A DNA stretch of 64,000 bases from Spirochaetia bacterium (GTDB lineage: Bacteria > Spirochaetota > Spirochaetia > SZUA-6 > Bin103): contig CBDBOV010000003.1 of assembly GCA_965208575.1 (NCBI GenBank), positions 544,001-608,000 of the forward strand, given 5' to 3'. The notes beneath the pieces are model-generated. The model was not told the origin of the DNA and did not search any database. It saw only the letters and a list, made by a program, of their open reading frames with translations. The translations under genes were made by a program, and so were the position numbers. Shown piece after piece: positions 58,508 through 64,000 of this stretch. The stretch's first letter is position 1, and the number at the start of each line of letters is the position of its first letter.

Positions 58508-60736
58508 ATGACCATCTTCCACCACGAGATCACGCGGCCACCTGTTCGCCGTTCTCCCGCCGCCGACGCGGCGTTGCGCCGCGCCACTCGCGGCCGCCTG
58601 CCGGTGCCGCTGCTGGCCGCCGCGCTGTGCCTGGTTGCGCAGGCCGGGTACGCGCGTGTCGACGGCGACACCATCGTGCTCGGTGCGGCGGTGTCGCTGA
58701 CCGGCAAGTACACCACCGCCGGCAACCACACCCGCAAGGGATACGACCTGGCGGTGAAGGTGATCAACGAACGCGGCGGAGTACGCGTCGGCGACCGCGG
58801 CTACCGGCTGGAGATCCTGTACTACGACGACGAGTCGACGCCGGCGCGCGGGGCGCAGCTCGCCGAGCGGCTGATTCGGCAGGACGGCGTGCAGTTCATG
58901 CTCGGCCCGTACAGCTCGGGCCTGACCAAGGCGATTGCGCCGGTGACCGAGCGCTACCGGGTGCCGATGGTGGAGGGCAACGGCGCCTCGCGGGAGCTGT
59001 TCAACAAGGGCTACCGTTACCTGTTCGCCGTCCTTTCCACCTCCGAGCAATACCTGCAGGAGGCGATCAACCTCGCCGCCGAGCGGGCGCGGGCGGCAGG
59101 GCGCGATCCCGCCTCGCTGACGATCGCGGTGGCCACCGAGAACGACCCGTTTTCCCAGGACATACGCGACGGCGTGATCGACGACGCCGCCCGCCACGGC
59201 ATGCAGGTGGTGATCGACGACAAGCTGCCGCGCGACCTGAACGACATGACCGCGACGCTGCTCAAGGTCAAGGCGCTGCGGCCCGACCTGCTGCTGGTGT
59301 CCGGCCACACCAAGGGCGCCGCGCTGCTGGTGCGCCAGGCCGCCGAGTTGAAGGCGTCCGCTCCGATGGTCGCCATTTCGCACTGCGAGTCCGCCGAGGT
59401 AACCGACGCGGCGCGCTTCGGGGACGCCGCCGAGGGCATTCTGTGCACCGGGCAGTGGGCGCCCACCCTGACCTACCGCGACGACCTGTTCGGCAGCGCC
59501 GCCGAGTACGCCGCGCTGTTCGAGCAGGAGTACGGCTACGTGCCGCCCTACCAGGCGGCGGAGTCCACGGCGGCGGTGATGGTGTGGGCGGACGCGCTGC
59601 AGCGTGCCGGATCGTTCGACACCGAGGCGGTTCGCGAGGCGCTCGCGGCGACCGACCTGCGCACCTTCTACGGCAACATCCGGTTCGACGTCACCGGCAA
59701 GAACATCGCCAAGCCGATGGTGCTGAGCCAGATACAGGACGGTGAGTACCGGGTGGTGGCGCCGACCGCGTGGGCGTCGCACGAGTTGCGCTTTCCCCGC
59801 CCCTGGCCGGCCGGCAGCGCCGCCGCGGCCGCCTCCGGCCGGTCCGGCTCCCGCCTGCCGCGCTTCGGTCCGTTGACGGTGCAGCTTCTCCTGGACGGGC
59901 TGCTGGTCGGCGCCATCTTCGCACTCGCCGCCTACGGGATGGCGCTGGTGTGGGGAGTGATGAATATCATCAACGTTGCGCAGGGGGAGCTGGTGATTCT
60001 GGGCGGATTCCTGACCTGGTGGATGACCACGCTCGGCATCCATCCGCTGTTCGGGATTCCGGTCGCCGGCGCCGTGCTGTTCGCGTTCGGCTGGCTGCTC
60101 TACCGGACCGTCGTGCACCGCCTGGTCGACCGCGACCTGTTCGTATCGCTGCTGGCCACCTTCGGCCTGTCGATCCTGCTGCAGCAGTTGATGAACCAGG
60201 TGTTCGGCGCCGACATACGCAACGCCAACGCCGGGCTCGGCTCCACCTACCTGCTCGGCGACGGCGTGGTGCTGGCCAACATCAAGCTGGTGGCGTTCGC
60301 GGTGGCGCTGGCGGCGGCCGCCGGGCTGCTCGTGGTCCTGCGCCGCAGCCGCGCCGGACGCGCCATCCGGGCGACCGCGCAGAACGCGCGCGCGGCGCGC
60401 CTGATGGGCGTGCGCACCGACCGCGTCTACGCGCTCGCCTTCGCCCTCAACGCCGCGGTGTGCGGCATCGCCGGCGCGCTGGTGGCGATGGTGTGGGTGG
60501 TGCACCCGTTCATCGGCATCACCTACACGGTGCGTTCGTTCGTGATCGTGGTGGTGGCGGGGCTCGGCAACATCGCGCCGGTGCTCATATCCGGCGCCGC
60601 CCTCGGTGACGCCGAGAACGTCACCGGGTTCCTGCTCGGCGCCGAATTCCAGACCGCCTTCGTGTTCCTGGTGCTGGTGGCGATCCTGTTGCTGCGCAGC
60701 TACCTGCTGGCCAGGCGCCGCCAGGTGCTGAAGTGA
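58508..60736 (+). CDS. Fused LIV-type substrate-binding protein + LivH-type permease
   Basis: Periplasmic binding domain (YYDDES, LGPYSSG) followed in frame by GMALVWGVMNIINVAQG..GRAIRA permease. Confidence 0.85.
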   Translation: MTIFHHEITRPPVRRSPAADAALRRATRGRLPVPLLAAALCLVAQAGYARVDGDTIVLGAAVSLTGKYTTAGNHTRKGYDLAVKVINERGGVRVGDRGYRLEILYYDDESTPARGAQLAERLIRQDGVQFMLGPYSSGLTKAIAPVTERYRVPMVEGNGASRELFNKGYRYLFAVLSTSEQYLQEAINLAAERARAAGRDPASLTIAVATENDPFSQDIRDGVIDDAARHGMQVVIDDKLPRDLNDMTATLLKVKALRPDLLLVSGHTKGAALLVRQAAELKASAPMVAISHCESAEVTDAARFGDAAEGILCTGQWAPTLTYRDDLFGSAAEYAALFEQEYGYVPPYQAAESTAAVMVWADALQRAGSFDTEAVREALAATDLRTFYGNIRFDVTGKNIAKPMVLSQIQDGEYRVVAPTAWASHELRFPRPWPAGSAAAAASGRSGSRLPRFGPLTVQLLLDGLLVGAIFALAAYGMALVWGVMNIINVAQGELVILGGFLTWWMTTLGIHPLFGIPVAGAVLFAFGWLLYRTVVHRLVDRDLFVSLLATFGLSILLQQLMNQVFGADIRNANAGLGSTYLLGDGVVLANIKLVAFAVALAAAAGLLVVLRRSRAGRAIRATAQNARAARLMGVRTDRVYALAFALNAAVCGIAGALVAMVWVVHPFIGITYTVRSFVIVVVAGLGNIAPVLISGAALGDAENVTGFLLGAEFQTAFVFLVLVAILLLRSYLLARRRQVLK

Positions 60737-60818
60737 AACCGAGACTGCCGGACGTGCCCCCGGTGGCAATCTTGCTGCTGCGCGGTTATATCCGGGGCCG
60801 GCGCCGGCACGTGCTGCG

Positions 60819-61895
60819 ATGAGTGCCGCCGCCAACGCCCGCCGGGGGGAGAGCGTGCGCGGCGGCCCGCTGTCGGGAGCCGGGCCGCGGCGGCTGGGCC
60901 TGGTGGTGCTGGCCGCCGCGGCGGTCGCCGCACCGTTCGCCGCGCCGGGGTTGCAGTCGCAGATGGCGGTGCTGTGGGTGATGGTGGTGCTGGCGCTGAC
61001 CTGGGACGTGGTGGGCGGCCAGATGGGCTATAACTCGTTCGGCAACATCGTGTTCTTCGGCGCCGGCATGTACGCGAGCGCGGTGGTGCAGCGCGCCCTG
61101 TGGTTCAGCGCACAGGACTACGCCGCCATCGCCGGCGGCGCGGCGGCGCACCTGGCGCCGGCGCAGTACCTCGGCGGGCTGGGCCTGGGGCTGGCCTGCG
61201 CGGCGCTGGTGGCGGTACTGATCGCGCTGCCGCTCGGCGCCAGCATTCTGCGCCTGCGCGGCCACTACTTCGCCATCTGCACCCTTGGTCTGGGCGTGGC
61301 GGCGGGCGAGATAGCCAGCGCCTGGGACTGGCTCGGCGCCGGGGCCGGGCTGGTCACGCCGTTGTTCCCGGAGCAACTGGGAGGCCGCAACCGCTTCTTC
61401 TGCTTCTACTTCCTGGCGCTGGCCGGCGCCTGCTTCACGGTGCTGAAACTGCTGTACCGGTGCCGCTTCGGACTGCTGATCAACGCCATCCGCGACGACG
61501 AGGACAAGGCGGAGGCGATGGGCCTGCCGACCATCCGCGCCAAGGTGGCGGCCTGGTCGGTGGCGGCGTTCTTCCTGGCGCTGGCCGGCGGCGCCTACGG
61601 CAACTTCATCGGCTTCATCGATCCGCTCGACATCGCGTTCTCCGGGGCCACCTTCGGCGTGTGGATGATCCTGATGGCAATCATGGGCGGCCGCGGCACG
61701 CTGTGGGGGCCGATCCTGGGCGCTATGGTGTTTCACGTCACCCAGGAGCTGTTCTGGACCTTCCTGCTCGGCTGGCACCGGGTTGCCATGGGGCTGCTGA
61801 TCGTCGTGATCGTGACCTTCCTGCCGGATGGCATTCTGGGCTGGTTCCGGGAGCGGCGCGGCGGCACGGCGCTGGCCGAGGGGCGCGGCGCATGA
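60819..61895 (+). CDS. LIV-type ABC permease (LivM-like)
   Basis: GYNSFG, LRLRGHYFAI, AIRDDE, GGRGTLWGP. Confidence 0.88.
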   Translation: MSAAANARRGESVRGGPLSGAGPRRLGLVVLAAAAVAAPFAAPGLQSQMAVLWVMVVLALTWDVVGGQMGYNSFGNIVFFGAGMYASAVVQRALWFSAQDYAAIAGGAAAHLAPAQYLGGLGLGLACAALVAVLIALPLGASILRLRGHYFAICTLGLGVAAGEIASAWDWLGAGAGLVTPLFPEQLGGRNRFFCFYFLALAGACFTVLKLLYRCRFGLLINAIRDDEDKAEAMGLPTIRAKVAAWSVAAFFLALAGGAYGNFIGFIDPLDIAFSGATFGVWMILMAIMGGRGTLWGPILGAMVFHVTQELFWTFLLGWHRVAMGLLIVVIVTFLPDGILGWFRERRGGTALAEGRGA

Positions 61896-62635
61896 ACGCC
61901 CTGCTCCGGGTCGACCGGGTGAGCAAGTCGTTCGGCGGGGTAACGGCCAACCGGGAGATCAGTCTGAGCGTCCCGCCCGGCGCCGTGCACGGCCTGATCG
62001 GCCCCAACGGCTCCGGCAAGACCACCCTGTTCAACAGCATCGTCGGCCACCACCCGGTGGACGCCGGTTCGGTGGCGTTCGACGGCACCCGCATCGAGCG
62101 CATGACGGTGCCGCGCATCGCCCGCCTCGGCCTGCTGCGCACCTTCCAGCAGACCCGCGTGTACGGCGCCATGAGTTGCGTCGAGAACATGCAGGTCAGC
62201 GCGCCGCACCGCACCGCGCACGGCGGCCTGCTGCTGCGCCGGGTACCGGCGGCGGTCACCGAGCGGGCGGAAGAGCTACTGGAATTCGTCGGCCTCGATG
62301 CCCTGCGTCACCATCGCGCCGGCAGCCTGTCGTTCGGGCAGCAGAAGCTGCTGGAGTTCGCCATGGCGCTGATGTTCCGGCCCAAGATGCTGCTGCTGGA
62401 CGAACCCACGGCGGGCATCAACCCCACCCTGATCAACGGCATGATCGACCGCCTGGTGCGCGCCAACGCCGAGCTGGGGGTGACCCTGCTGGTGATCGAG
62501 CACAACATGCGGGTGGTGATGAGCCTGGCCACCCACATCTACTGCCTGGCGCACGGCCGCCTGCTGGCCGCGGGGGCGCCCGACGAGGTGCGCAGCGACC
62601 CGCGCGTGGTCGAGGCGTACCTGGGAGGCGGGTGA
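61892..62635 (+). CDS. LIV-type ABC ATPase (LivG-like)
   Basis: GPNGSGKTT, LSFGQQK, LDEP, EAYLG. Confidence 0.9.
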   Translation: MNALLRVDRVSKSFGGVTANREISLSVPPGAVHGLIGPNGSGKTTLFNSIVGHHPVDAGSVAFDGTRIERMTVPRIARLGLLRTFQQTRVYGAMSCVENMQVSAPHRTAHGGLLLRRVPAAVTERAEELLEFVGLDALRHHRAGSLSFGQQKLLEFAMALMFRPKMLLLDEPTAGINPTLINGMIDRLVRANAELGVTLLVIEHNMRVVMSLATHIYCLAHGRLLAAGAPDEVRSDPRVVEAYLGGG

Positions 62636-63501
62636 TGGCCGGCGGGGAGCCGGGCGGCGCGATTTCCGGCTACGGCGGCGGCGAGCTGGGCGCGGCCATC
62701 TCGGTGGAGCAGGTGGCGCGCGAGAGTGCGTCGCTGCTGGAAGGAGGCGTGCCGCACGAGCGGCTGGCGGAGCTGGCCGGCGGCGACGACTACCTGCGCA
62801 TCGACGGCCTGGTGGCCGGCTACGGGCGCATGCAGATCCTGCACGGCCTGAACCTGCAGGTAGGGCGCGGCCAGTCGCTGTGCCTGATCGGCCCCAACGG
62901 CGCCGGCAAGTCCACCGTGCTGCACGCCATCTACGGCCTCAACACGATCACCGGCGGCACCATCCGCAAGGAGGGCCGCGACATCACCCGCATGCACTCC
63001 GCCGACAAGCTCAGGCAGGCGGGCATCGCCTACATTCTGCAGGACAACTCGGTGTTCCCGGACATGACGGTGGAAGAGAACCTGCAGATGGGAGCGTTCC
63101 TGATGCGCGACAAGGCCGCGGTGCGGGACGCCGTTGCCGGGGTGCTGGACCGCTACCCGCGCCTGGCCGAGCGCCGCGCGCAGCCGGCGCGGGTGCTGTC
63201 GGGCGGCGAGCGCCGCCTGCTGGAGATCTCCCGCGCCCTGGTGATGGATCCCGACGTGCTGCTGGTGGACGAGCCGTCGATCGGCCTGGAGCCGCGCTTC
63301 ATCGACATGGTGTTCGAGATCCTGGTCGACCTGCGCGACCGCGAACGCAAGACCATCGTGATGGTGGAGCAGAACGCGCGCAAGGGCCTGCAGTTCGCCG
63401 ACCTCGGCTACGTGCTGGTGGCCGGCAGCCTGGCCCTGGCCGGCAGCGGCGCGGAACTGCTCGAAGACCCGCGCGTCGGCCGCCTGTTCCTCGGCGGCTG
63501 A
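62635..63501 (+). CDS. LIV-type ABC ATPase (LivF-like)
   Basis: GPNGAGKST, LSGGE, DEPSIGL, VEQN. Confidence 0.9.
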   Translation: MAGGEPGGAISGYGGGELGAAISVEQVARESASLLEGGVPHERLAELAGGDDYLRIDGLVAGYGRMQILHGLNLQVGRGQSLCLIGPNGAGKSTVLHAIYGLNTITGGTIRKEGRDITRMHSADKLRQAGIAYILQDNSVFPDMTVEENLQMGAFLMRDKAAVRDAVAGVLDRYPRLAERRAQPARVLSGGERRLLEISRALVMDPDVLLVDEPSIGLEPRFIDMVFEILVDLRDRERKTIVMVEQNARKGLQFADLGYVLVAGSLALAGSGAELLEDPRVGRLFLGG

Positions 63502-63511
63502 ACGACCGGGC

Positions 63512-63559
63512 AAGAAAAAGACCCGCCACGGCCACCTTGGAAGGGGCCGCAGCGGGTCT
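63512..63559 (-). terminator. Rho-independent terminator of the BMP gene
   Basis: AGACCCGC..GCGGGTCT stem followed by TTTTCTT on the minus strand. Confidence 0.65.
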
Positions 63560-63585
63560 GCCTGCGCCTGCGGAGGCCGGGCGCG

Positions 63586-64000
63586 TTATTCGGGCAGCTT
63601 GTCGTCGACGCCCTGCACGTACCAGTTCATGCCGAGCAGCGTGCCGTCGTCGAGCACCTCGCCCGCGCCGATCACCATGTCGCCGTCCTGGTTGTAGATC
63701 GGGCCCTTGAACGGGTGCAGCTCGCCGGAGGCGATCGCCGCTTCCGTCTCGCGCGCCAGCGCGGCCACTTCCTCGGGCATGTTCAGGTACTCGGACATGC
63801 GCACCATGCCCGGCGCGATGCCGTCCCAGGTGTCGGTGGACTCCCAGGTGCCGTCCAGCACCGCGCGGGTGCGTTCAACGTAGTAGGGCGCCCACTCGTC
63901 GATAATCGACGTGAGTTGCGCATTGGGAGCGAAGTGGTGCATGTCGGAGGCCTGGCCGAAGCCGACCACGCCCTGCTCCTCGGCGATCTGCAGCGGCGCC
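63586..64000 (-). CDS. BMP family (purine/nucleoside) ABC substrate-binding protein, 3' part
   Basis: GQASDM..W..YY..HPFKGPIYNQDG..MNWYVQGV C-terminus typical of the family; runs off the window. Confidence 0.85.
   Translation of the reverse strand, partial: APLQIAEEQGVVGFGQASDMHHFAPNAQLTSIIDEWAPYYVERTRAVLDGTWESTDTWDGIAPGMVRMSEYLNMPEEVAALARETEAAIASGELHPFKGPIYNQDGDMVIGAGEVLDDGTLLGMNWYVQGVDDKLPE

Noticed and set aside
1-64000. tRNA, rRNA or riboswitch (e.g. purine riboswitch upstream of purine genes)
   Set aside because: No recognisable consensus seen by eye; an Rfam/Infernal scan would be needed

Overview
High-GC bacterial window, probably from a sponge-associated symbiont (inferred from a SupA-type PKS, a eukaryote-like LRR protein, PhyH and sulfatases). 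(1) 334-14630: a giant secreted or surface protein with two VLR-like LRR modules, about 21 Ig-like repeats and about 14 cadherin-like repeats. It is cut at its 3' end by foreign DNA (1-333) with an IS21-like terminus. (2) 15141-28497: a SupA-type PKS (KS-AT-DH-cMT-ER-KR-ACP-KS-AT*, one frameshift), an NCS2-like permease and an alpha/beta hydrolase. These are followed by PhyH, an aquaporin, a sulfatase and a small lower-GC DUF2188/'NCPFD' cassette. (3) 33452-64000: a purine-catabolism supercluster (xdhCAB, 5'-nucleotidase, znuABC, uraH, uricase, ade, guaD, uraD, a LIV-type ABC transporter with an SBP-permease fusion, and a BMP protein). It is interrupted by a ~10 kb integrase-free defence island (type III RM with embedded MntA/HepT, DUF4365-TPR, a caspase/CHAT-like protein and an unknown). 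The island is flanked by two ~94% identical 386-bp copies of the xdhB 3' end.
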